From positions 177,816,001-177,880,000 of the forward strand of contig OZ024743.1 of NCBI GenBank assembly GCA_964016885.1: 64,000 nucleotides of DNA, in the 5' to 3' direction. The DNA is from Eledone cirrhosa (lineage: Eukaryota). Position numbers and translations under genes: made by a program. Under the pieces are notes generated by a model. That model worked only from the letters and a program-made list of their open reading frames with translations, had not been told where the DNA came from and did not search any database. Positions 12,925-25,892 of the stretch are shown one piece after another (position 1 is the first letter of the stretch; each line of letters begins with the position of its first letter).

Positions 12925-13499
12925 CGTGCCGATGTGTTGAGAAGACAAATTACACCAAATTTAGGCAAACTGCCACAGATATCCTTAATATTGTAACATA
13001 GCAGGTGCAATCAATAATATTCATATAAGCTTGGCAACTAGAATCGTGTTTGTTGAGAAATCTGTAAACTTAACTTGTAGACTTTAATTTATGATAAGTA
13101 CTTCAGTATTTTCTGACGTGTAAGAACTGACGTTTCCTGGCTAACGCATATATGTGTATGTGTGCATGTATGTGTGTATGTGTGCGTAAGAGCTGTTTGA
13201 TGTCTAGATCATATATGTGTTAGTGCATGCGTGTGTACATGTGTGTGTGTGTGTAAAAAAAAGGTGTTTCATTTTCTTTCTATTCCATTTCCACAGAATA
13301 GTACTGAAATTAAAGAATTGTAAGTCATATATTTCCAGAAATCACAAAAGAATGTCATTAAATTCATAATAGTATGAAGAACTAGAAACATATTCTGATT
13401 AATTTAACTCAAAAACATGTACTTCCTCTACAACAGCATGTGTGTATATATGAGACTGTAGATATGGCAACGTGTATTACACACACGCGCACACACACG

Positions 13500-13535
<36 letters not shown>

Positions 13536-13536
13536 T

Positions 13537-13609
<73 letters not shown>

Positions 13610-13640
13610 TAAATAGATAAATATATATATATATACATGA

Positions 13641-13704
<64 letters not shown>

Positions 13705-13832
13705 ATACTTTGGGAGGTCATGTTGCCAATAAGAAACACACGCACCAGTTGCGTTCACTTCAATTTATTATAATAAATTTATAAATTTCCGGTTGGTTGG
13801 TTGGTTCCACAAACAGATGGTTGTTTATATAT

Positions 13833-13876
13833 TGTCAAAGTTCTTTCGTCACACATTCTGTGATCTCTTCAGTGAC
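13833..13876 (-). ncRNA. Minimal type I hammerhead ribozyme
   Basis: Reverse complement GTCA-CTGAAGA-G-ATCACA-GAATG-TGTGAC-GAAA-GAACTT-TGAC; one stem II mismatch. Confidence 0.65.
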
Positions 13877-14250
13877 TGGGGATTCTTTTCTTTGTTTTTG
13901 TGCCTCTCCTTTGTTCTGTCCTACGCCATCTTGTTTCTGTGTGTGTGTTGTGTGCTCAGTCTGCGCATGCGCCCCATCCGGGTGTCTGTGTGTGTTTATA
14001 TTCGTTTATTTATTTGTTTATTAACATGTTACTGGTCGGGCGCCCACTCCATGTGCGTATGCGCCCCCACCTTGTCCCTACCTGCAAGTTGCGATGTTGT
14101 TGTTCCACTTATGTTTTCTATTTAATTTTGGTTGTAATTCTTTTATGTTTATTGCCTCTGTGATTTGTCTAAACATTGCGTCTTTTCTGTGTGTAGATTC
14201 TATTTTTATTTCTATGTTCTCTAATTTACCCTTAAATTAAAGAATCCCCA

Positions 14251-14293
14251 GTCACTGAAGAGGTCACAGAATGTGTGACGAAAGAACTTTGAC
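14251..14293 (+). ncRNA. Minimal type I hammerhead ribozyme
   Basis: GTCA-CTGAAGA-G-GTCACA-GAATG-TGTGAC-GAAA-GAACTT-TGAC: CUGANGA and GAAA cores, 6-bp stem II, 4-bp stem I. Confidence 0.75.
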
Positions 14294-14502
14294 AATATAT
14301 AAACAACCATCTGGTTGTGGAACCAACCAACCAACCGGAAATTTATAAATTCCTAAATTTATAAATATATTATAATAAATTGAAGTGAAAGCAATGGTGC
14401 GCGTGTTTCTTATTGGCAACATGACCCTCCCAAAGTATAACAATATCGGTTTCAACACACGTTTTCAGATAAAGAATCTTGCTAAACAAATTCAAAAACG
14501 AA

Positions 14503-14542
<40 letters not shown>

Positions 14543-15097
14543 ATATATATATGCATAAATAAATATATATATATGCATAAATAAATATATATATATATAT
14601 ATATAATTTTTTTTTTCTATTTGAATATAGTAATGCTGGCTATTAATCGAATATTATTATTAATATTCGAAAAACTCAGCGTACATTTATTGTATTCACC
14701 CAAATATTTTTTCTTTCTATTTGAATATGGCAAAGCCAACCATTAATCGCTCGTATACAGGAAACTGACTGGCCAGTCTGCTGATCTGCAAATCTGGCTG
14801 ATCAGTGGATCTGCTAATAATATATCATAAAACATGTCTATAGAATTACCAGATAAAATATATACCATTTCCTCTCCCAATTAGCATAATTAACCGCATA
14901 AAAAATCGAATAGACCAGGCTATAAGAATAAGGCTTCTATGAAGAAATCTCAAACAAATAACCGAAACTAGCCCTTCGCGTCGGCTGCCACGGAATATTT
15001 ATCGAATATTTCGACAGTGTAATCGCCTAGATATACAGTCAATTAAACAGAATTAGGTGTAAAATAAACTAGGAGAAAAGAGAATACATTTATTTAC

Positions 15098-15170
15098 CTC
15101 GACCATGGTTTCGTCCGCATTTTGAGATTTCCAATAACTTCGGAAACTCGAGCACCGAACTCTTCAGGAG
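15098..15170 (-). ncRNA. Hammerhead ribozyme with extended stem II
   Basis: Reverse complement CTC-CTGAAGA-GTTCG...CGGAC-GAAA-CCATGG-TC-GAG. Confidence 0.75.
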
Positions 15171-15368
15171 TTTGCTCTAATCTAGACAATAAATTTTCCA
15201 AAGTGATCGCGCCAAGAATACATTAAAAAATGGCTAAGAATCGTGACGTAGCAGCGTCAGGTTGGAAGGAGTGTGGTAGTTGCTTACGGCTGGTGTGCTA
15301 GAAAGTACAGCACAATACAGCCAAATTTGTATCTCAACCAATCGGGAGATTATTACATATAAAGGTTT

Positions 15369-15437
<69 letters not shown>

Positions 15438-15880
15438 CATACATATACGTGTTTTGCAACGGGTCACTTTGTGGCTCAATAAAAATTTAATAAATTAAAT
15501 AATCAGAGCTATATATCATAAAACATGTCTATAGAATCACCAGATAAAATATATACAATTTCCTCTCCCAATTAGCATAATTAACCGCATAAAAAATCGA
15601 ATAGACCAGGCTATAAGAATAAGGCTTCTATGAAGAAATCTGCAACAAATAACCGAAACTAGCCCTTCGCGTCGGCTACGACGGAATATTTATCGAATAT
15701 TTCGACAGCGTAATCGCCCAGATATACAGTCAATTAAACAGAATTAGGTGCAAAATAAACTAGGAGAAAAGAGAATACACCCCTTCCAACCTGACGCTGC
15801 TACGTCACGATTCTTAGCCATTTTTTAATGTATTCTTGGCGCGATCACTTTGGAAAATTTATTGTCTAGATTAGAGCAAA

Positions 15881-15953
15881 CTCCTGAAGAGTCCGGTCCT
15901 CGAGTTTCCGAAGTTATTGGAAATCTCACAATGCGGACGAAACCATGGTCGAG
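15881..15953 (+). ncRNA. Hammerhead ribozyme with extended stem II
   Basis: CTC-CTGAAGA-GTCCG...CGGAC-GAAA-CCATGG-TC-GAG; GUC cleavage triplet ending at 15950; palindromic stem III. Confidence 0.8.
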
Positions 15954-17704
15954 GTAAATAAATGTATTCTCTTTTCTCCTAGTTTATTTTACACCTAATT
16001 CTGTTTAATTGACTGTATATCTGGACGATTACGCTGTCGAAATATTCGATAAATATTCCGTCGCAGCCGACGCGAAGGGCTAGTTTCGGTTATTTGTTGG
16101 AGATTTCTTCATAGAAGCTTTATTCTTATAGCCTGGTCTATTCGATTTTTTATGCGGTTAATTATGCTAATTGGGAGAGGAAATGGTATATATTTTATCT
16201 GGTGATTCTATAGACATGTTTTATGATATATAGCTCTGATTATTTAATTTATTAACTTTTCATTGAGCCACAAAGTGACCCGTTGCAAAACACGTATATG
16301 TATGTATGTATATATATATATATATATATGTAAACCTTTATATGTATATATATATATATAGTCACAAAATCACCGGACAGGTAATGATAAGAATATTTTG
16401 TTATGTAAAGCAAACAATATATTTAAATTCAATTGTTTCGTTAACTAGCTTTGGGAGAAAGAGAGAGAGAGAGAGGCGGGGTCTGTGCCCATGACTTTTG
16501 TATATCTTCTGAAATTGATCAGAATTAAGTTTTTGCTGATTAGTTTAAATTATTCAGCATGGAAACACTTCCATAATGGATGATTTATGGGAGTGGGGTA
16601 TTGTTAAATCTGACTAGTAGAACACAATATATATATGATGAGAGGAGAAGAAACAATGTACCAGGAATTCGTGAGTGGATGCAGTTAAGGACCGAAACAC
16701 TCGGTTGAAGGGAGTTTCTTCGCTGAATACCTTCTGCTGTTTAGCTCTTCTGAGGGTTTATTTTACCCCTGATAGCTATAGAAATGTGAGCCAGAGCTTG
16801 AAACGTGTCTCTCAGTGACATCCATGTCTCTCTAACAGTATACTGTTAGAGATGAGTATACGATGAGTTGATGTAATGTTTTAGTTTCACACAAAACCAA
16901 TAAAGTAAATGGACAGTTGCAATAAAAATAAATCAGATTTTTTATTGAGCTGCTGTCCTCTAGGACCCTGTCTTAAACAGTTTGATATCAGTACATGTAT
17001 TAGTTTATTATTTATTATTGATCTCTATTTCCTCAAGTGCTAAAAGCAAGAGAATACGTGCATACACACACAATTGAACATTACAGAAATAATTATCATA
17101 TTACTTCCACCATAAACTCGTAATTTTAATACACACACATCTTCGCCTGCTTGATATGCTTGTAAACCTATGTTATTTTATGTGATACCTTTGCCATGCA
17201 GTAATTATATATGCCTAGTACCATTGCTTGTTTCCTACATAACTGTCCTGTATATGCCTAACACATTTGTACTCTCTATACGCTTGCATATGTACTGCTA
17301 CTGTCCTCGTTTTACGAGTAAATTTCTTCCTAATGCCTATTTAATTATTATACTATTCTCTTGTAATCTCTATCACATCCATTCCACTCTGTAAATACGA
17401 AAATGTTGATGACAACGTTAATATCCATGTATCTATATGATTGTTCAGTTGGATAGGAAGTTAATTATATATCCAAACTTTGCTGGTGCTCCGATGATCC
17501 CAAACAAAAGTTTGGAAGAAACGATTGTCAGCACTAACATGATTTGAACATAGTTTGATTATTGTGTAATTTATATTCCTGCTCTGTAAAACAGGTGATG
17601 TATTTACATTGAGCTATTCTTCTTACTGGTAATAAGGTAGTAATGAATTACTGACCTTTCCTGTTTATAGTTGTATATAGTGTATATATAACTATAAATA
17701 ATAT

Positions 17705-17764
<60 letters not shown>

Positions 17765-17767
<3 letters not shown>

Positions 17768-19965
17768 CAGTGCCATTCTAGTAACATATTTTTGATGGGA
17801 GACATTACTCCACCCTGTGTTGATTGGTCTAGAAACAGTTTGAAACCAGGCTCTCCAACCTCAACCACTGACAAAGAAGCAGTCGAGTCACTTCTCGATC
17901 GACTTTATGAATGAGTTTTTCTTGTCCCAGCTTGTCGTTGCACCAACAAGGCATAAGAAGAACATTTTGGACCTAGTGTTTAGTAACCACACTAACACTA
18001 TACATAATATTACAGAAGAAAAAACCCTTCTCTCAGACCATGACATGGTTCTTTGTAACCTCAGATTCCGCCAGCCGAAAGCTAATCCTAGGGACCACTT
18101 TCCAGCCCACCCATTTGATAACATGGATTTCTATAATGCCATCTGGGATGCAATCATGAACGAGCTATCATGTGTTGAGTGGTCTTTTACACACGCACTC
18201 ATTTCCACCAACATCAAAACATCTTGGCAGATCTTTGTAGACAATGTCACAAATATATGTGTAAAACACACCCCACCAAAATCTGTGAACAAAACTAAGT
18301 GCAGTATCCCACAAAACAGAAAAACTATTATCAGAAAAATAAAAAGAATAAACAAAAAAATTAAAACACTAAAATACTAGCAACAGCAACACACACATTC
18401 GATGGCTATCACCCTGCTTGAATCAAATAAATATAACCTCCAGCAATGCATGAAGTCCATCACCAATAACCAAAGAACAACGGAACAGAGGTGGGCCATT
18501 GAGAAAATCAAGCTCAACCCCAAAGTGATCTTTTCATTTGCGTAAAAAGATAAGGTCACTGTCTCCACTGTTGGCCCTCTAGTTGATGAGAATGGCACAC
18601 TCCAAGATAATGCCAAAACCATGGGCGAGATACTGCAGAAACAATACTGCTCTGTTTTCAGCAATCCTGATATGGCCGATCTGGGATGTATCAGTGATGT
18701 TAATCCCCAACACACTATATCAGACATAACGTTTGGCGCCCCTGATGTCTTAGAGGCAATAAACGAAATTAAACACAATTCAGCAGTAGGCCCTGAGCGG
18801 TTCCCTGCTTGTGTCCTGAAGGTGTGTCGACACTAACTTGCGTCTCCTCTTGCTAATCTGTGGAGGAACTCACAGGATACTTGCTATTTTGCTGGAAACT
18901 TTCTGTCGCAGTCAGTTGTCCCAGTTTTCAAAAAGAGAAATAAATCACTTGCAGTGAACTACCGTCCGATCTCACTCACCTCTCCTATCATCAAAGTATT
19001 TGAGAGTGTGGTGAGATCACGAATAACCTAATTTCTCGAAACCAATGGCTTGCTGAACTCCAGCCAACATTGGTTCCGTAATAGAAGGGACTGCCTACGC
19101 AGCTGCTGCATCACTTTGACGATGTTTTGAGAGCCTTGGGAGACGGCTCCAACACTGATGTCTTCTACCTTGATCTCAGCAAGGCCTTTGACAGGGTTGA
19201 TCATACGATTCTATTCGAAAATCTATCGAATATTGGTATTCCTGGAAGGTTACTACAGTGGGTCAAATGTTTCCTGACAGGCAGAATCCAACATGTTGTA
19301 GTCGAAGGAGTAAAATCAATCCCAGCCAAAGTCAGCATTGGCGTCCCACAAGACACTGTGTTTGGTCCACTTCTTTTCATCATCTACATTAATCACATTA
19401 CTGACATCATCAAGCACAACAATATAAGAATCTTCGCAGATGATTCCAAGTTCCAAAGGTCATCAATGAGGTGGGTGACCGGACTTGCCTTCAGTCAGAC
19501 CTACTGGCTGTTATCCAATGGGCAGAAAAGAACAATATGCTGTTGAATGAGGATAAGCTCTAGTTAATCCACGTTGAGAAAAAGGATGTCCTGAAATTCC
19601 CATAATCTCTTCCTTCAGGTGAAACTCTCGTGGCAGCCAACAGCATCAGAGACCTGGGAGTTATTGTGGACAGCAACATAAGCTGGGCCACTCATATAAA
19701 CAGCAAAGTTGACATGGCCCGCAGAATGTGTTCCTGGATTCTCAGAACCTTCCAGTCGAGAGATATTCATACTGTTATCCTTCTTTTCTCCACTTTTGCC
19801 CGACCCCACCTTGAATACTGTTGTCCACACAAAACAAAGTACCATGAAAGTTGAAGCACCCCAAAGATCAATTACAAAAAAGATAGATGGTATGAAGGCC
19901 TTCACTATTGGAGTCGATTAGAAAAGCTCCACCTTTATTCTCTGAAGCGTGAACGCTACATTATC
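17765..19965 (+). pseudogene. Decayed CR1/L2-group LINE ORF2 (AP endonuclease end plus RT)
   Basis: PTRHKKNILDLVF, SDHDMV, NYRPISLTS, YLDLSKAFDRVDH, GVPQDTVFGPLLFIIYIN, IFADDSK, IRDLGVIVD, RPHLEYC; many stops and frameshifts; (TA)n on both sides. Confidence 0.9.
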
Positions 19966-20309
19966 AGCAAATCTAGGTGTCGAACCGGCCGCAGTTCAAC
20001 CGTCCGGGTCCTGACTCATTTCCGATATATATAAATATATATAGATATATATATATATATATGAATGTATATACAGTGTATTTGGCAATACACTGTATGG
20101 TTAATTAAAAGCATTTTGAAAACTTTACGCTATTGTTTTAAAGTAGTGACTATATATATATATATATATATATACAGAGAGAGAGAGAGAGATAGGGGGG
20201 AGGGGGGGGGGGGGGGGGAGAGAAATAAACACAGTAAATTCTGCGTCTAAATTGCAGGTTATCAATATGAGTTAATAACTCTATATTTTATTTGTGTGTA
20301 TATATATAT

Positions 20310-20600
20310 AACTTTAACTTTGATAGGTTTCGGCCAGTATTTCAAACCAGGATTTGGGCACCATGGCTCACTCAAGTAGAGAGTTATTCTTTACAGAGGC
20401 ATATCCGGGTGTAGGAGGTTTTCCGGAATATCTTGAAGGAATTTGTCCAAAGACATCTTGAACTTCATGGGGTATGTTTCTATTTTAATGTTTTTTGGTG
20501 TAATGTTAAAGAGAGCGGGGGCAATTGAGGTGAAATAATTGTGCCGTATTGTTGTTATGAGATGCGAGTGAGATTTTTGTCGTGGGCGGATAGCACGGGG
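20310..20600 (-). mobile_element. LINE 3' end (CR1/L2/Jockey group)
   Basis: Minus strand PALFNITPKNIK...FKMSLDKFLQDIP...; ends GGCCGAAACC followed by an AAAGTT-repeat tail. Confidence 0.6.
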
Positions 20601-20749
20601 CCCAAGCCTTGGGTGTACCTTACAGGTGATGCCAATATCATCTGGGCATCAATGATGGAATATTTTCCTATTACCCACTCTACTACCCTAAGTATCGAGT
20701 ACTCTGGGGAGTTATGGTGTCCACCTGGTTACTTACCACACTTCCTTCG

Positions 20750-20826
<77 letters not shown>

Positions 20827-21160
20827 TATAAAGAGAGAGATGGGGGAGAGAGGGGGAGAGAGAGAGAAGGCGAAATTGGAAATAGCACGGAAAATATATT
20901 TAAGGGTCTGTTTTTCTTTCTTCATCTTTCTTTGATTCGTCAAAGTAACATTATTGGAAAAATGAGAGGGCAATTCTTTTAAAAAAGAGTTTTATAATGT
21001 ATATAAAGAATGTAAAGTATAACCGCTTTCGATGTATTAGTAAAATTCATTTTATCAAATGTTGGATATTTATCAAGGTAATCAAAAACTTTATTCAGTC
21101 AAAATCATATATTACGACGAATGTTTCCACAAATCGACTACATTAATTAATCACATAATT

Positions 21161-21341
21161 GGTGGATTGGCAGTATCGGTAGAGGGTCGGACGCCATGCT
21201 TTCTAGCATAGTTACGTCCCTTTACGATCTGAGTTCAAATCCCGCCGAGGTTGACTTTGCCTTTCATCCTTACGGGGTCGATAAAATAAAGTACCAGTGA
21301 GGCACTGGGTAGTTGCTGGCCTTGTGCCTAAAGTAGAAACA
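21161..21341 (+). mobile_element. Full-length Nin/Deu-like SINE with 19-bp TSD
   Basis: TSD ATTAATTAATCACATAATT at 21142-21160 and 21342-21360. Confidence 0.9.
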
Positions 21342-22139
21342 ATTAATTAATCACATAATTAATGATATCGTTGATGGGACATAAACGTCTTTCGGTATCT
21401 CATTAGAAAACAGAATTATTTACATGAATCAATTGGTCCATTATGTTATTACACAAGCAAGCGTTCAAGTAAAAATGAGGAAAACAAAATAAAGAACAAG
21501 TTAAACAACCTAGGTAAGGTATGTGACAAAAAAGGGAGGTAAATATAAGTATTGTGAAGGACGTAAGTTATACAGTGAACTTGTTTGAGAGAGAGCAGAC
21601 ATTATACAAAATGACATGTCGAGACACAAACGCAGAACAAAGATACGTATGTTATTGTTGCTCCTTATAGTGTAAGAGATGTTTATGGATATTTCCATTA
21701 CTCCCCCGTGTCATGCTCCACACAACGCAACATCTCGTCTTGGAATCTAACTCACAACCTCACTATTGTAAGCCTCATACTCTAACCACTAAACCATGCG
21801 CCTTCACATAAAAGCAATATAAACACCATAAAAACCTATGTGGAATTAAACTATCGCCTTTGTAAGATTGCACCACTTTAGTCATAGTGCCACAGAGACT
21901 GAGGAAAGATGAAGACAGTAAAGAAACGGATCGGTAGCGAACAGAACAAAACTCTTTAGTTTCACCCATATTTACCTTTTCATGCCATGTATACAACCGA
22001 GATCGAATCTACCTTTAATGCTTCTCCCGTCGAAAAAGTAGTACTAGTGAAGAGCTGGGGTCGATTAAATCGATTAATCCCTCTTCAAAATTGTGCAGAC
22101 TGGTACCTATATCAAGAATATTGCTTTCCACTGGAGGCT

Positions 22140-22605
22140 CTTCCCTAGTGGTATTTGTGATGGAATTACGATCATAATTGCTTCTACTTTTGGCACAAGG
22201 CCAGCAATTATCCCAGTGTATTACTGGTACTTTATTTTATCGACCTCGTAAGGATGAAAGGCAAAGTTAACCTCGGCGGGATTTGAACTCAGAATGGCAA
22301 GAGCCGTAACTCTATGCGTCAAAGCATTGCGTCCGACCCTCTACCGATACTGCCAAACGATCATAATGTCGTGGGTTTGATGCCTCAACTGGGTTGTGTG
22401 TTGTGTTCTTGAGCAAAACACTTTATTTCAAGTTGCCCCAGTAAACTCAGCTGAAAATGAATACCAGCAATAGCTGGAGCTCTTACTCTGTAATGGACTG
22501 GCGACCTGTTCAGGAGGGGAGACTTTTACTCTCAGTCACTTCACGCCACAGAAGCCGGGATAAGCACCGGCCTGATGAGCCTTCTGGTTTAATACAGACT
22601 TTAGA
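22140..22605 (+). mobile_element. CORE-like SINE, interrupted in its tRNA head
   Basis: CCTAGTGGT... then TGTGTTGTGTTCTTGAGCAAAACACTTTAT...CCGGGATAAGCACCGGCCTGATG; homologous to 32535-32830. Confidence 0.7.
22179..22356 (-). mobile_element. Nin/Deu-like SINE nested in another SINE
   Basis: TSD ACGATCATAAT at 22168-22178 and 22357-22367. Confidence 0.88.
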
Positions 22606-23877
22606 CTGGTAAATAAATTTCTAATGCCTTATGTAGGGAAGTCAGTATGTAGGGCAATTCCCATGGCCCTTCTCTAGGGGAACCCAAGACAGGTGAGAGA
22701 GGAAAGGGAGGAAACAGCAGTCAATTGACAAGATCCCAGACCTCATTCACTTACCGAATAGGTGGAACTGGTCACATATGACTAAGGACATTTGTGATAT
22801 TTCCATTGCTGATACTGGCTACCAGATGCAACTCGTAGCAGATAGAGCAACGTGAAATAAAATGTCTTTCTCAAGGACATTACACATCGCCTGGTCCGAG
22901 AATCGGTGTGAGAGGAAGTTAGTCTTAAACAAGAGCAGTTGATGATGTCATGAAATTAAAATTACATCAGTAAAGAAATAAAAAATAAAGATTGAATCTG
23001 TTTACATGGAGGATGATAACATTTCTAATTTATATTGTTAGTCTTTGTTTAGTTTACTCATAAAAGAAAATTACATTTTTCTTTTAGCCAAATCTTTATT
23101 CATTTTCACATATTTCACTGCCTCTAACTTCTCGTTTGTCAGGAGTAAAAATCAGATGAAATCAAATTAAATTTACCATGAAATTATTTCTTTCTTTGCT
23201 TTCTTTAAGTTTTTCTCCATTGTATAATTTTTTGTAAAATTATATCATTTTTTTTTTAAATTAGAAATTTAAACTAAGTAAAATACATCATTTGGTCCGT
23301 TATATGTTGTCTCTTTACTTTACTGTTAGCATCGTCATCGTTGTTGATGTTGTTACAATAGCTGTGGTTCATTATGTCTGATGTTCATGTTGTTGTTGTT
23401 ACTATTACTGTCATAGTTGTTACTGCATGGGTTTTCTTTTAAATAAATGACAAAGACAAAGAACAATATTAAAGATTAATCTTTTTGTTGTTGTTGTTGT
23501 TGTCTCATAATATATATTATACGCTTTCACCATTTTCTTACTGCTGTTTTGCTATTGTTGCTGTTGGCTGGTGTGTGTGTTTTCAGATGTTGTTTCTAAT
23601 TTCTTATTCCGAAGATTAATTTGTCATGAGAATTTGAGGAAAAAATTTCCTGTGATATCTTCTGATTCCATTTCCAGAGAGAGATACTCGGCAGATAATT
23701 TCGTTCATCATACCCAGAAGAATATTGAGAAAATAATTAAAATGGCGGGCGGTAGAAAACAATATATCTTGTTTTCCCCCCAAAACAAAAGTAGAAATTT
23801 ACTCGTATGTATGTATGTATGTATGTATGTATGTATGTATGTATGTATGTATGTATGTATGTATGTATGTATGTATG

Positions 23878-24285
23878 GGAGAGATGACCCCTTAGCCTTT
23901 GTCAAGGCAGAATTCTAGGAGAAGGAAAACTCTGATATAACACCTGCAACCCTGATGGTATCCAATGATGTTGACTTGTTCTTCTTTTTGGTAAATATCA
24001 TCTTGGTTAAGAGAGTGGGACTGGCTTTGTGCAGTACCTTTGCTCACTATAAAAGCTTCACGGCACAGGCATTGCTTTATATCTGGAGATCTCTCTGCAC
24101 TTGTCATCACATGGTACCATGGGCCCAGCACTATGTGTCAATAATTGTCACAAGTGTAGTGTTTGTACCAGAGTTTGCAAGTCGCTGGCTGGACTAAAAA
24201 GTCACACTCGTTCAGCGTATCGGTAGGGGTTCTTCTACATGGATATAAAGTAGTGGCCGTACTCGAAAACGAGTTGGCAGCCACC
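23878..24285 (+). mobile_element. Non-coding retroposon (RTE-like 3' end) embedded in (TATG)n
   Basis: (TATG)n on both sides; shared 3' end ACTCGAAAACGAGTTGGCAGCCACC with variable 5' ends among copies. Confidence 0.8.
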
Positions 24286-24308
24286 ATGTATGTATGTATG
24301 TATGTATG

Positions 24309-25751
24309 TTCTTTTGGTTTTATAATTTCACAAAGTTTTACCAATAGAGAGAGAATCGGCTTCTAACATAGACACAAGACTCTCTCATTGGAATTTACAC
24401 ATCAACTAGGTAGATATGTATGTCTGCATGCATGTGTAGATATGGATGTTATTGTATCTGTGGATGTGAATGTCTTGAGTTGTATGTGTGCATGTGTATT
24501 TGCTTTGCATCTGTACATGTGTATATGCAGTTATTAAATGCAAAATTTCTGGAATGTTTTACATATTTTTTACTGTTCCATTAATGGATTGTACTTGTAA
24601 TTTCCTAACTAGTTGTGTTCTTTCTGTTCCTGTGAAGCCTAGCTTCTCAAGATTTGTATTGAGGCAGTTACTAACATATCCCAGTTCCCCAACAATCACA
24701 GGCATAAATCTGAAGGTGTAATCAGGGTGGAGTATCTGCAGATTTCTCATCAGTTTTGCATAAATATTCTCCTTTTCACTAATCTTTGATATTATATTGG
24801 CATCTGCTGGGCAGCTAATTTCCACTACTGTGCATGCTTTCTTCTCCCTGTCCCATATCATAATATCTGGTCTGTTATGTCTGCATTTTATTGGGGTTTT
24901 TACTGGAACATTCCACCAGTACTCTTTCATATTATATACATGGATGTCTTCCACATTTCTGTAGCTTTTAACGTGTTTATTATCAGGGCTATCTTTTTTA
25001 CGAACTGCATTGTACAGTTTTTGGCCACTACATCATGCCTCATAAATAAATAGTACCGTGATGACATCTGTGGACAGCTGCTGATGACATGGGTGATATC
25101 CTCGATGTTAGTTCTGCAGAGTCTGCACTTGTTATCACATCTAGGTGTTTTGCCTGCATCCCTATCTCTTTTGTGAATTAAGTATTTCATGTTAATCTCC
25201 TGTTCTTGGATTGCAAAAGCGTATCCTTCAAAGTTGGACCCAATATAGCGGTTGTTGGTCCAAGATAGACTACTTTCCTTATCTATATTACTCTCACTCT
25301 GGAGCTTCCTGGCAACATATCCATGCATGATTTTTTGCTGATAAGCATGCAGTTTTTCATCCATGGATTCACTGCGATACTGCTGAGCGACGTCTCTGGG
25401 TGTGAGTGTTTGATTATCTCACAGGGAATATCACTAGAGGAGTTCCTTCCCAACTCTCATGATCTTATCTGTTTCATGCAGATAGATTTGCTCGAGAAAC
25501 GGGCTCCTACGCTTCGAGGTTCGTAGATGTCGGAAAGATATGATGCGACATTCAAATGTTGTCTGGACTGATGTTAGGCCTCTGCCTCCTTGCTTACGTT
25601 TCAAGTAAAGGCTATCTATGTCACTGTTGATGTGGAAGTTTCCGGAATTGTTTAGTATTTTTCGACTTCCAACATCAACTGCTCGGATTTCGTCTATCGT
25701 CCAATTGAGTATTCCAAACGTTGGTGTTAGGACAGGCATAGCAAACCCATT

Positions 25752-25754
<3 letters not shown>
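24309..25754 (-). mobile_element. 5'-truncated R4/Dong-clade non-LTR retrotransposon
   Basis: YLKRKQGGRGL, AIQEQEI, CRLC...EDITHVISSC, RHD, NRPDIMIWD...EISCP (CCHC finger plus PD-D/E endonuclease); frameshifted; 3' end abuts (CATA)n, 5' end abuts (TA)n. Confidence 0.88.
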
Positions 25755-25842
<88 letters not shown>

Positions 25843-25892
25843 ATGTATGGGTGGATGGATGAATGGATGTATATATGTATGTAAGTATGTAG

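Larger units (their letters stand above)
13697..14446. mobile_element. Penelope-like non-autonomous element with inverted pLTR-like arms
   Basis: Arms of about 190-200 bp (13697-13888 and 14240-14446) are reverse complements; each has a minimal hammerhead; flanked by (TA)n. Confidence 0.8.
14821..16346. mobile_element. Penelope-like element: tandem partial pLTR plus inverted pLTR
   Basis: 14821-15269 and 15353-15779 overlap as direct copies; 15782-16346 is the inverted copy; hammerheads in opposite orientations. Confidence 0.8.

Noticed and set aside
16765-16812. Degenerate hammerhead CTGATAGCT...AGCTTGAAACGTGTC
   Set aside because: The core is missing a base; at most a dead relic, not supportable.
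20322-20380. Hammerhead-like TTGAGTGAGCCA...TGGCCGAAAC on the minus strand
   Set aside because: The core is not CUGANGA; better explained as a LINE 3' terminal stem-loop.
21161-21250. tRNA genes
   Set aside because: A/B-box-like motifs belong to SINE heads; no cloverleaf.
22565-22600. CTGATGA hammerhead core
   Set aside because: No following stem II and GAAA; it lies within a SINE 3' region.
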